Source of the DNA: Bacillota bacterium
GTDB lineage: Bacteria; Bacillota; Clostridia; Christensenellales; Aristaeellaceae
NCBI GenBank assembly: GCA_023436585.1
Contig: JAEZIN010000027.1
Span: forward strand, 64,847 to 128,846
Length of the DNA: 64,000 nucleotides
Direction of reading: 5' to 3'
Position 1 is the stretch's first letter. Each line of letters starts with the position of its first letter. Under the pieces are notes generated by a model, which made no database searches, was not told where the DNA came from, and saw only the letters and a list, made by a program, of their open reading frames with translations. The translations under genes and the position numbers were made by a program. Below are positions 19,304-28,122 of this stretch, piece by piece.

Positions 19304-20176
19304 GTGGTCAAATCGAGACGTACAAAGGCCGGCGACCTTGCTATCGCAGCGTTTTGCTTCCTCCTGATTCTTATTTGCCTTTTGCCGATAGTCAACGTAT
19401 TGTCGCGCTCCTTAAGCTCCCCCCAGGCGCTCATCAACAGGAAGGTGCTGCTCTGGCCGGTGGATTTTACCTTGGAATCATATTCCTACGTATTGAGGGA
19501 TGCCGCCTTTTCCCGCTCCATATGGTGGACGGCCATCCTAACCGTGATCTGCACATGCCTGTCCATGACGATGACGGCGCTGTGCGCGTACCCCTTGACG
19601 TATGACTATCTGAAGGGCAAAAAGATCATCAATACCGTCATCATCATGACCATGTACTTCAGTGCCGGCACAATCCCCAATTACATACTGATGCGCGACC
19701 TGGATCTTATCAATAAACCCCTGGTGCTGATCATTCCCAATTGTCTGAGCGTTTTTAACATGATTGTCATGCGCAGCTTTTTCTACTCCATTCCCGAGAG
19801 CCTGCGGGAATCGGCGGAATTGGACGGGGCCAACCCCTTCACGGTGCTCATCCGCATCTATCTGCCGCTATCCACCTCTGTGCTGGCGACGCTGGCCCTG
19901 TTTTACGCGGTGGGGCGGTGGAACGGATTTTCGGATGCGCTGATCTACATGACAACGCCCAAGTATGCCCCCATCCAGCTGAAGCTGTATCAGATTATCA
20001 ACAACCTGTCTGCCATTGATACGGCGCAGATGGAGGGCTCCGCATCCTCGCCGATGGTGAGCGAGGGGCTGAAGGCCGCCACCGTAATGTTTGCGACGGT
20101 CCCGATCCTCATTGTTTACCCGTGGCTGCAAAGGTATTTTATCTCCGGCGTTACCATTGGGGCAGTGAAAGGGTGA
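19304..20176 (+). CDS. Sugar ABC transporter permease, LplC-like (GTG start)
   Basis: ESAELDGANPFTVLIRIYLPLS motif. RBS GAGGAGGG. Confidence 0.85.
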   Translation: MVKSRRTKAGDLAIAAFCFLLILICLLPIVNVLSRSLSSPQALINRKVLLWPVDFTLESYSYVLRDAAFSRSIWWTAILTVICTCLSMTMTALCAYPLTYDYLKGKKIINTVIIMTMYFSAGTIPNYILMRDLDLINKPLVLIIPNCLSVFNMIVMRSFFYSIPESLRESAELDGANPFTVLIRIYLPLSTSVLATLALFYAVGRWNGFSDALIYMTTPKYAPIQLKLYQIINNLSAIDTAQMEGSASSPMVSEGLKAATVMFATVPILIVYPWLQRYFISGVTIGAVKG

Positions 20177-20228
20177 ATCCCTTTTGCATAGTCGTGTATC
20201 CAGGAATCAACAAAAAGGAGGCAATCAA

Positions 20229-21809
20229 ATGGAACGCAGGCTTCTCTCTCTGGTTTTGGTCGTTGCTATGATGCTCATGCTCGTTCCGGCTGCTATGGCA
20301 TCAGGCGAGGCGGCAAAGCTCCCCGAGTACAGCGAAATCACGGTTGAAGTCTTTGACCGCGGCAACGTTGGCGGCACCGACCCCACCAACAACTACTACA
20401 CCGATTGGATCAAGAAAAAGGTGCTGGAAGAGCTGAACATCGGCGTGACCTTCGTGGCGGTCTCCCGCTGGGAAGAGACAACGCAGCTCAACAACCTGAT
20501 GGCCGCGCAGTCCGCGCCTGACGTTTGCTTCACTTACAGCCAGGACCTGATCACCAATTACCACACCCAGGGCGGTATCGTCAACCTCACGCCCTACATT
20601 GATGAATTCCTGCCCGAATTGAAGGCCTTCCTGGGACCGGACCAGGCGCTTCCCGGCAGGGACTTTATCTACCGTGACCAGATCCAGGCCACCGGCGAGA
20701 CGTTCTCCATTCCCGCCCGCCGCATGAATGTTGCCCAGAACGTAACGTTCATCCGCAAGGACTGGCTGGATAAGCTGGGCCTGGAAATCCCCAAGACCAC
20801 AGAGGAATATGTCAACGCTCTGCGGGCCTTCAAGGAAAAGGATCCCGGCAATGTCGGCAAGGACAAGGTGATTCCCTTCACCATGACCAACGATGTGCGC
20901 TGGCGCGCCAGCACCCTGCTGGATTCCTTCATTGACCCGAATCTCAGCGACAAAGACCGCTGGATCAATACCGTATCCGACCGCAACTTCCTGCAGCCGG
21001 GCTACAAAGAAGGCTTCCGCCTGTTGAACCAGCTGTACAACGAAGGCCTGATCGATCCGGAGTTTGCGCTGTACACCGATGATACCGGCAGCGACAACCT
21101 GATCAAGAGCGGCGTCGTAGGTTCCTTCATCCACAACTGGGACCAGGCGTTCCGCGACACGCCGGGCCTGCTCAAAGACCTGAAGGTCAACGTTCCCGAT
21201 GCCCAGATCGTGGCCTGCGACCCGTTTGTGAACGCCGCCGGCAAGACCTACAAGGGCATGTATGACGCTGCCGGCCTGAGATTCTTCATCCCGGCCTTCA
21301 GCAAGAACCCCGAAGGCGCGCTGCGTTATGCCAACTGGATGGCCAAGTTTGAGAACCGCTTCTATCTGCAGACCGGCGATTTGGGCGTGACCCATGAAAT
21401 CGTCAACGGCGTTCCCAAGATGAAGGCTGCCGAAGGCGAAAAGATCATGAACTCCTCCCAGAACATCGACTATACCTTCATTATCAACGGCCTGGATGTG
21501 GGCGATCCCGACAAGTATGCCCAGGCGCTGGCCAACTCCTATAACGTTGAACCGCAGTTGGTAATAGACGCGTACAATTATTCCAAGAAGGATGCCCGTG
21601 CGCTGATCGTTGTGCCGGTGCCCATCCTTTCCGCCGGCCCGGTCAATGAGACGCTGGTCGAGAAGGGCAAGACGCTGATGGCGCAAGCCGTAACCGCCAA
21701 GCCCGAAGAGTTTGATGCCGTTTGGGATGCCGGTGTTGCCGACTGGCTTGCTTCCGGCGCTCAGGATGTTGTCAACGAGCGTACCGAAAAGTATTTTGAA
21801 GTGAAATAG
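20229..21809 (+). CDS. Extracellular solute-binding protein, large family-1 (LplA-like)
   Basis: RBS AAGGAGG before MERRLLSLVLVVAMMLMLVPAAMA; signal peptide has no Cys. ~525 aa. Confidence 0.85.
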   Translation: MERRLLSLVLVVAMMLMLVPAAMASGEAAKLPEYSEITVEVFDRGNVGGTDPTNNYYTDWIKKKVLEELNIGVTFVAVSRWEETTQLNNLMAAQSAPDVCFTYSQDLITNYHTQGGIVNLTPYIDEFLPELKAFLGPDQALPGRDFIYRDQIQATGETFSIPARRMNVAQNVTFIRKDWLDKLGLEIPKTTEEYVNALRAFKEKDPGNVGKDKVIPFTMTNDVRWRASTLLDSFIDPNLSDKDRWINTVSDRNFLQPGYKEGFRLLNQLYNEGLIDPEFALYTDDTGSDNLIKSGVVGSFIHNWDQAFRDTPGLLKDLKVNVPDAQIVACDPFVNAAGKTYKGMYDAAGLRFFIPAFSKNPEGALRYANWMAKFENRFYLQTGDLGVTHEIVNGVPKMKAAEGEKIMNSSQNIDYTFIINGLDVGDPDKYAQALANSYNVEPQLVIDAYNYSKKDARALIVVPVPILSAGPVNETLVEKGKTLMAQAVTAKPEEFDAVWDAGVADWLASGAQDVVNERTEKYFEVK

Positions 21810-21827
21810 TTTCTGTTCAGGCAGGGG

Positions 21828-21870
21828 GAATGGTCTTTGCGGCCTGCGCCGCAAGGACCATTCTTTCTGC
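21828..21870 (+). terminator. Strong hairpin GAATGGTCTTTGCGGC-CTGC-GCCGCAAGGACCATTC plus a T-rich tail after the SBP gene
   Basis: 16-bp stem with one mismatch, read directly. Confidence 0.6.
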
Positions 21871-21944
21871 CGCAAGGTACCGTAAATGGACATACGGATT
21901 TTCAGAAGTATAATGATAGAAGATACGACCTTCCTGCAGAAAGA

Positions 21945-23486
21945 ATGATATGTATGAGCGTTCATCTTCCACGGTTGATAGCGGACGGCATGGTGCTCCA
22001 GCGGGGTTCCCGGGTGACGCTATGGGGAACGGCAAATGAGCCGGTGACTGTTACCTTCCTTAAACAGCAATATCGTGCCGTTCCAGATGCGGTGGGGTGC
22101 TGGGAGGTTGTTTTGAACGACCTGCCGCCCGGTGGGCCGCATACGCTTGCCATCAATGACATTACGCTGCATGATGTGTATATCGGGGATGTTTTTCTGT
22201 GCTCCGGGCAGTCGAATATGCAGGTCCCCATGCGCCGCGTGAAGCATATGTACCCGGAAGAGATGCAAAGCCCGAACCCTCATATCCATCAGTTTGCCGT
22301 GCCGCAGCGGTATGACTTTCATGCGCCGCAAAGCGGGCTGGAGGGCGGTTGCTGGACGTCTTCCGCCCCTGATTCCGTGGCCGATTTTTCGGCGGTGGGA
22401 TATTTCTACGCCAAGCGGTTGTATGAACGCTATCATGTTCCTGTGGGGTTGATCCTGTCAGCCATCGGCGGCACGCCCATCCATGCCTGGATGAGCCGGG
22501 AAGCACTAGGCGGCTTTCCGGAGCTTCTTCAGGATGCGGACCTTTGCGCGGACGACGGCTATGTGAAAAAGGTGCAGGCGGAGGATGCGGCAAACGCTGA
22601 AAGGTTTTTGAATGAGATCAATCGGGCCGATCCCGGTCTTGCGGGAAACTGGTCCTCGCCTGAATATGACGACAGTGCATGGGAGGAACGCCCGCTTTTG
22701 ACGCCCTGGCCGGGAAGCGGGTCCGTATGGCTGCGCAAATCTGTGATGATACCCAAGGAGCTTGCCGGAAAGCCGGCCGTAATCTTTCTTGGAACCGTGA
22801 CCGACTGGGATACGGTGTATGTGAACGGGGAGGTGGTTGGCACCACCACCTACCGTTATCCGCCCAGGGAGTATGCTGTGCCTGCATTGCCCCAAGGGCG
22901 GTGCGTGATAACGGTGCGCGTCATCAGCAAGGAAGGCGGCCGCTTTACCCCGGGCAAGCAGTACCTTCTTTCTACAGATGCCGGATCGTTCAATCTTGGC
23001 GGCGTATGGCGTTTCCGCCGCGGCGGGGATGGTACGCCCATTCAGCCGGAGACTTTTTTCCACTACAAGCCTTCCGGGCTGTACAACGGCATGATCGCGC
23101 CTCTGAAGCGCTACGCCCTCAAAGCGGTGCTATGGTACCAGGGCGAATCGGACGCTTCGAGTCCTATGCTATATGGTGAAAAATTTGAGACGCTGGTGCG
23201 CGCCTGGCGGACGGACTGGGGGCTTGAGCTGCCCTTCCTGTTTGTGGAGCTGCCCTGCTGGGAGGGCGGTCCGGATTGGTACCTGATAAGGCAGCAGCAA
23301 TGGCAATCATTAGCCATTCCGGGCACCGCCATGGCGGCCGCCTTTGACCTGGGCGAGTACAACGATCTGCATCCCCAAAACAAACAGTTGGTGGGCGACA
23401 GGCTGGCCCGGTGCGCCATGCGGGTGGCTTACGGCGAGACGCTTCCGCCTTCCCCCTTTGAAATCATGGGATATCATGGGGGATGA
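21945..23486 (+). CDS. SGNH-type carbohydrate esterase, sialate O-acetylesterase (SASA/DUF303) family, a likely acetyl-xylan esterase
   Basis: CSGQSNM catalytic motif. Possible own promoter TGGACA-16-TATAAT at 21882-21915. Start is ATG 21945 or 21954, both with weak RBS. Confidence 0.7.
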   Translation: MICMSVHLPRLIADGMVLQRGSRVTLWGTANEPVTVTFLKQQYRAVPDAVGCWEVVLNDLPPGGPHTLAINDITLHDVYIGDVFLCSGQSNMQVPMRRVKHMYPEEMQSPNPHIHQFAVPQRYDFHAPQSGLEGGCWTSSAPDSVADFSAVGYFYAKRLYERYHVPVGLILSAIGGTPIHAWMSREALGGFPELLQDADLCADDGYVKKVQAEDAANAERFLNEINRADPGLAGNWSSPEYDDSAWEERPLLTPWPGSGSVWLRKSVMIPKELAGKPAVIFLGTVTDWDTVYVNGEVVGTTTYRYPPREYAVPALPQGRCVITVRVISKEGGRFTPGKQYLLSTDAGSFNLGGVWRFRRGGDGTPIQPETFFHYKPSGLYNGMIAPLKRYALKAVLWYQGESDASSPMLYGEKFETLVRAWRTDWGLELPFLFVELPCWEGGPDWYLIRQQQWQSLAIPGTAMAAAFDLGEYNDLHPQNKQLVGDRLARCAMRVAYGETLPPSPFEIMGYHGG

Positions 23487-23497
23487 TTCAGCGCATG

Positions 23498-23536
23498 CAA
23501 AAAGACTGCCGCGAAATTTTCGCCGGCAGTCTTTGC
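23498..23536. terminator. Bidirectional hairpin (AAAGACTGCCG…CGGCAGTCTTT) between convergent esterase and CheX genes
   Basis: Long near-perfect palindrome read directly. Confidence 0.55.
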
Positions 23537-23548
23537 ATTCTTATATTG

Positions 23549-24022
23549 TCAGGAATCAGTCTTTTGCGTGATGTGGATGCCCAGGGAAACATCGCCGATA
23601 TACGTATTCACATCGATCACGGTGATATCCTTCATGATGTTCGGCGGGAGGGGTTCCTCCGTGCCTACAATGCGCGGCGGAAGGATATCGCAGGATACGT
23701 TCTGCTCGGACAATGCGGTCATGGCGTTGCCGCTGATGATGTTGGCGATTTCCCCCAGGGCGGAGGTAACGAATTCATCCACCCGGTCAAACTCCATGCC
23801 GCTCATAATGTTGACCATTTTCAATGTTGTTTCCCTGGGAAAGCGGTAATAAATATTGCCGGCCATATCGCCTGTGACCTCCACGGCCACCTGCACCGCA
23901 TCCCCTAACCCATCCTGGAGCGACAGGGCATGGGGGCTACCGGCAGAGGCATCCAGGTCCAGCATCAGCTTGAAAACTTCGCAGGTTGCTTTGGAGATGG
24001 GAGGGTAAAATGCGTTGCTCAT
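23549..24022 (-). CDS. cheX: Chemotaxis phosphatase CheX/CheC-like
   Basis: ~155 aa. LGEIANIISGNAMTAL matches the CheC/CheX E-x-x-N-I-x-x-G signature. Start overlaps the upstream hemerythrin stop. Confidence 0.7.
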   Translation of the reverse strand: MSNAFYPPISKATCEVFKLMLDLDASAGSPHALSLQDGLGDAVQVAVEVTGDMAGNIYYRFPRETTLKMVNIMSGMEFDRVDEFVTSALGEIANIISGNAMTALSEQNVSCDILPPRIVGTEEPLPPNIMKDITVIDVNTYIGDVSLGIHITQKTDS

Positions 24023-24441
24023 TGCGCTGCCCCTCCCTGGGTTTTTGCGTATGACGCTATTTTTTGATCGGTGGCTACCACGTGATTAATGAGCCAGGCC
24101 AGAAGCTTGCCTGCAAACTGCTGGGCCAGCGCTTCCTGGAAGCCTTGCTTTTCATATTCCTCCGCAAAGGAAACCACATAGGCCACCATATCCCTGTGAA
24201 CGGCGCGGTGACTTTCAAGATCAGGATATCCGATGCTTTCCTGATACGCTTCCTCATCCCTGAAATGCACGACCACATAATCTTTCATAAAGGACAGCGT
24301 TTCATTGACCTTGGATACTTTTTGAGCCCACTCCCCGCTGGAACGGAGCGTCTCCAGGAAATCAGTGACCCGCCGGAACAGCTCTTCGTGCTGCTGATCT
24401 ATAAGAGGCACGCCGATTTGATATTTCTCTTTCCAGACCAT
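24019..24441 (-). CDS. Bacteriohemerythrin (hemerythrin HHE cation-binding domain protein)
   Basis: MVWKEKYQIGVPLIDQQHEELF… with a conserved H/E/D pattern. RBS AAGGAGA before GTG/ATG at 24444/24441. The N-terminal extension in the track is spurious. Confidence 0.7.
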   Translation of the reverse strand: MVWKEKYQIGVPLIDQQHEELFRRVTDFLETLRSSGEWAQKVSKVNETLSFMKDYVVVHFRDEEAYQESIGYPDLESHRAVHRDMVAYVVSFAEEYEKQGFQEALAQQFAGKLLAWLINHVVATDQKIASYAKTQGGAAQ

Positions 24442-24557
24442 CACCCGATCTCCTTTGTAAGAAAGTATATATACCTTATATATCGACAAGAAATCGAAGA
24501 AGTTAAGTGATTCTATATATTTTTCAAAATTATTTTTTTCGAAGGTTGGTTGAACAA

Positions 24558-24590
24558 AAAAACCGCCGGCGATTCCGGCGGAACCTTGGG
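24558..24590 (-). terminator. Intrinsic terminator CCGCCGG-AATCG-CCGGCGG followed by T7 on the minus strand
   Basis: Read directly. Immediately after the stop of the 92-aa gene. Confidence 0.7.
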
Positions 24591-24598
24591 GGTTAAGA

Positions 24599-24877
24599 CT
24601 ATACCTTGGGCACCTTTTTTTGAAGTGTAGGGGTCTGCTGGCCCACCATGGGCCAGGGTGTGCCGTCATGCAGGCTTTTCACGGTTTGGGCGACCCTCTC
24701 CTCCGCCTCGCCGCCGGTAGTGCCCCCCTCCACGTAGCTTAAGATGCGTTTTTTCTCCGCGTCGGGCAGTGCGGTATACCGGTCCATGGCGACACGGTCC
24801 TGCATCAAACGCATGCCAAGTCCTATGGGCAATTCACCCTTGATGCTTGTAAGGTCTCCGGGTCCATCCTCCATCAT
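24599..24877 (-). CDS. Small protein, YdeI/OmpD-associated (DUF1801-like) family, tentative
   Basis: Strong RBS AAGGAGG. …YTALPDAEKKRILSYVEGGTTGGEAEERVAQTVKSL resembles the YdeI C-terminal motif (KR..Y..WI…ETR.RRI). Confidence 0.45.
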   Translation of the reverse strand: MMEDGPGDLTSIKGELPIGLGMRLMQDRVAMDRYTALPDAEKKRILSYVEGGTTGGEAEERVAQTVKSLHDGTPWPMVGQQTPTLQKKVPKV

Positions 24878-25012
24878 GACTTCCTCCTTTATCTATCTTT
24901 TACTATTCCCGTTCCAATGCCTTCCCATCCCATTTTGTTCCGCCGGAATGAACGATAAGCTGTGCCGGATGGCGGCAAAGTTAGTCTTCCCAGTTAAAAA
25001 TTTTCTACTAAT

Positions 25013-25040
25013 CCGTTGCTGTGGCAACGGACTTTTTGTC
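25013..25040 (+). terminator. Hairpin CCGTTGC-TGTG-GCAACGG plus ACTTTTTG with no plus-strand gene upstream (orphan terminator, leader attenuator, or 3' end of a small RNA)
   Basis: Perfect 7-bp stem with a T5 tail. Overlaps the tracked TTG start of the FecCD ORF. Confidence 0.5.
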
Positions 25041-25126
25041 TGGCATCCTTTATCCTTTGGCTTAAGGCATGGAAATTACGGTGGAAGGGCGGGGTTTGTA
25101 TAGAGCGTACCGCATCTAAAAGCTCC

Positions 25127-26116
25127 TTGCGTTTGGGTGTTCTGATCATAAGTTTGCTTGCATGCTTTTTTCTGTCGTTCTCCCTGGGCAAGTATCCGGT
25201 TTCGATGAGTGAGCTTTTCAAGGTGATACTTTCCCGCATTGTTCCCCTGAACAAGGCATGGAGCGATGCGGCGGAAACGGTGATTCTTCAGGTGCGCATG
25301 CCAAGGGTCCTGGCGGCCGTCATGATTGGCGCCGCGTTATCCGGCGCGGGGGTTTCCTATCAAAGCCTTTTCCATAATCCCATGGTATCGCCGGATGTGC
25401 TTGGCGCCTCGGCAGGTGCCGGGTTTGGGGCCGCGCTGGGGATTTCGTTTTCCTTTGGATTTTTCGGCATATCCCTCTCGGCGTTTCTCTTTGGCATTGC
25501 CGCTGTTGCCATATCGTACTTTGTCAGCACGCGCATCCGCCATGATCCGGCCTTTGGCATGGTTCTGGCCGGCATTATGATAGGGTCCCTCTTTACATCG
25601 GGTGTGTCGTATTTGAAGCTGATTGCCGACCCTAATGACACGCTGCCCTCCATCACCTATTGGCTGATGGGCAGCCTGGCCTCCATTCGGCAGCAGGATG
25701 TACTGTTTGCCGCCATACCCATTCTTCTGGGGCTGATGCCGTTGTGGCTTTTGCGCTGGCGTCTGAACATACTCACCATGGGCGATGAGGAAGCGCGCTC
25801 CATGGGCATTCATACAAAAAGGCTCAGGCTTTATGTGATTTGCTGCGCAACGCTTGTTACCGCGGCAAGCGTGGCTGTCAGCGGCATGATTGGCTGGATA
25901 GGCCTTGTGATCCCGCATCTGGCCCGGAAAATGGTTGGGAATGACAATCGTATTCTGATGCCGGCCAGCATGCTGTTGGGCGGCATTTATTTGTTGATTG
26001 TGGATACATTGGCGCGTTTGATTGCAGCTTCGGAAATCCCGCTGGGGATATTGACTTCCTTTGTGGGGGCGCCCTTTTTTCTGCTTTTGATGTTGAGGAG
26101 GCGGCGCTACGCATGA
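25127..26116 (+). CDS. FecCD-family ABC permease (iron-siderophore / cobalamin-type importer)
   Basis: …RMPRVLAAVMIGAALSGAGVSYQSLFHNPMVSPDVLGASAGAGFGAALG FecCD hallmarks. Start uncertain: the track uses TTG 25016, which lies inside the terminator hairpin, so in-frame TTG 25127 is preferred. Confidence 0.7.
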   Translation: MRLGVLIISLLACFFLSFSLGKYPVSMSELFKVILSRIVPLNKAWSDAAETVILQVRMPRVLAAVMIGAALSGAGVSYQSLFHNPMVSPDVLGASAGAGFGAALGISFSFGFFGISLSAFLFGIAAVAISYFVSTRIRHDPAFGMVLAGIMIGSLFTSGVSYLKLIADPNDTLPSITYWLMGSLASIRQQDVLFAAIPILLGLMPLWLLRWRLNILTMGDEEARSMGIHTKRLRLYVICCATLVTAASVAVSGMIGWIGLVIPHLARKMVGNDNRILMPASMLLGGIYLLIVDTLARLIAASEIPLGILTSFVGAPFFLLLMLRRRRYA

Positions 26117-26919
26117 GCCTTACGATGCTGGATGTAAGGTGCAGGTATGGCCGCCGCGAGGTATTAAAGGGCGTTTCCTTCTGCCTGAACAAGGGTGAAG
26201 TGGTGTTCATCCTTGGGCAGAACGGGGCAGGGAAAACGACACTGTTCAAGTGCATGCTGGGCCTGATTACGGGATACGGTGGCAGCGTACTGTACGACGG
26301 GCAGGAGGTCCGCCGTTTCTCGCCGGGTCAGCTGGCCCGCAAGGTGGCTTACATCCCGCAGGCGCATCAGCCGCAGTTCAATTATTCGGTGCTGGAAGTG
26401 GTGCTGATGGGCCTGGCTTCCAGTATCGGTATTTTTTCAGTGCCAAGCAGCGCCCAGCGGCTGAAAGCCGAGCAACTTCTTGAGAAAATTGGTATCCCGC
26501 ATTTGAAAAACAGGGGGTACGCAAACCTCAGCGGCGGGGAAAGGCAGATGGTGCTGATTGCCAGGGCTTTGATGCAGGGGGCGGAAATCCTGCTGATGGA
26601 TGAGCCGGTCGCCAGCCTGGATTACGGAAACCAGCAGCGGATATTGTCTATGGCGGCCGCTCTCGCAAAGGAAGGCTATGCCGTCGCCGTCACATCGCAC
26701 CATCCAGAGCACGCCTTTTTGTATGCCGGCCGGGTGCTTGTGCTGGAGGAGGGCCGGGTGGCCGCCCAAGGGGAACCAGGGGCGGTGCTGACGGAGGAAC
26801 TGCTGTGCAGGATCTATGATATGCCCATCCGGCTGCTGGTCTTTAGGGTGGATCATAAAGAGGTCCGCATTTGCGTCCCCGCAGATCAAGGCATGCTGGG
26901 AGGCTGGACCGGAGCTTAG
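26113..26919 (+). CDS. ABC transporter ATP-binding protein (FepC/FecE-like)
   Basis: Walker A GQNGAGKTT, signature LSGGERQ, Walker B LLMDEP. ATGA overlap with the permease stop. Confidence 0.85.
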   Translation: MSLTMLDVRCRYGRREVLKGVSFCLNKGEVVFILGQNGAGKTTLFKCMLGLITGYGGSVLYDGQEVRRFSPGQLARKVAYIPQAHQPQFNYSVLEVVLMGLASSIGIFSVPSSAQRLKAEQLLEKIGIPHLKNRGYANLSGGERQMVLIARALMQGAEILLMDEPVASLDYGNQQRILSMAAALAKEGYAVAVTSHHPEHAFLYAGRVLVLEEGRVAAQGEPGAVLTEELLCRIYDMPIRLLVFRVDHKEVRICVPADQGMLGGWTGA

Positions 26920-26958
26920 AGACGGACCGATACACATCATGGAAGGCGGGTGAGTCAT

Positions 26959-28026
26959 ATGAGAAACAGGTTCTCCATCCGGTTCCTTTTGCTGGCGGCA
27001 TTTTTGATGCTGCTGATGCAAATAAGGACGGCGACGGGATCGGCTGAGGAGGTTCGGATATTTACAGATTCGGCAGGCCGGCAGGCGGTCGTGCCTTCAA
27101 AAATCCTTCGGATTGCCCCTTCGGGACAGCTTGCGCAGATCGTATTGTACAGCCTGTGTCCGGATCGGCTGATTGGTTGGTCGGCAAAACCCGGACAGGC
27201 GCTGCTGCCCTATCTGCCGGATACGATGGCGGATCTGCCGGTCTTCGGGCAGTTTTATGGCAGGAATATGAGCCTGAACCTGGAAGCGCTGATTGCCGCA
27301 AAGCCGGATGTCATCATTGACATTGGCGAAAGGAAGGCAACGATCCGGGAAGATATGGACGTTATACAACAGCAAACGGGCATTCCGGTAGTGTTTGTGG
27401 AGGCGACCCTTTATACCATGGACGAGGCGTATGCCCTGCTGGGCAGGTTGCTGGACATGCAGGAGGAAGCAGCCGCACTGGCCCGGTACGCCAAGGATAC
27501 GGTGGAGGAAGCCAGGCTGCTGAGCTCCGCCATTACGGAAAACAGGAAGGTCAGGGTGTATTATGCCGAAGGGGACGACGGCCTCTTAACCGATGCCTCA
27601 GGGTCCATCCACGCGGATGTCATTGATCTGGTAGGCGCAAGGAACGTGGCACAGGTGGTTTTGGGTGGTGGCTCCGGCATGAACCCCGTCTCCATGGAGC
27701 AGGTGATGCTCTGGCAGCCGGATGTGATTTTGTTCGCTCCCGGCGGTGTGTATGAAATGGCGGAGACCGACCCGCTTTGGCTGAATCTTTCGGCCATGCG
27801 AAACGGCCGGTATTACGAGATACCCAACGGCCCCTTCCATTGGCTGGGGCGCCCGCCGGCCGTGAACCGGCTGCTGGGCATCAAATGGCTGGGCAACCTT
27901 CTGTATCCTAAGGTGTATGCCTGCGATATGATTGCGGAAGCGCAGCGGTTTTACAAGCTGTTTTACCACGTCGACTTAAGCGATCAGGCAGCCCGGGAAC
28001 TGATGGCGCACTCCACCCTGCGCTGA
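26959..28026 (+). CDS. Periplasmic-binding-protein (TroA/FecB/BtuF-like class III SBP) of the iron-complex transporter
   Basis: Signal peptide MRNRFSIRFLLLAAFLMLLMQIRTATGSA. ~355 aa, typical for siderophore/B12-type SBPs. Confidence 0.75.
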   Translation: MRNRFSIRFLLLAAFLMLLMQIRTATGSAEEVRIFTDSAGRQAVVPSKILRIAPSGQLAQIVLYSLCPDRLIGWSAKPGQALLPYLPDTMADLPVFGQFYGRNMSLNLEALIAAKPDVIIDIGERKATIREDMDVIQQQTGIPVVFVEATLYTMDEAYALLGRLLDMQEEAAALARYAKDTVEEARLLSSAITENRKVRVYYAEGDDGLLTDASGSIHADVIDLVGARNVAQVVLGGGSGMNPVSMEQVMLWQPDVILFAPGGVYEMAETDPLWLNLSAMRNGRYYEIPNGPFHWLGRPPAVNRLLGIKWLGNLLYPKVYACDMIAEAQRFYKLFYHVDLSDQAARELMAHSTLR

Positions 28027-28122
28027 AGGTCAAATGTGGATACGGTGCTGCGGGAAGTCAGCGTGAAGGCGTGCCGCCAGGTCCGTTGAAATGGAAAGTG
28101 TGGAACGTTCGTTAGCATACGT

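Noticed and set aside
24880-25130. Cobalamin riboswitch upstream of the FecCD/BtuC-like importer
   Set aside because: No B12 box (GCCACTG) and no GGTGnnAAnTCC core were found on either side of the hairpin. The GGTGGAAGGGCGG stretch lies after the terminator and is too short. Only an orphan terminator and attenuator are reported instead.
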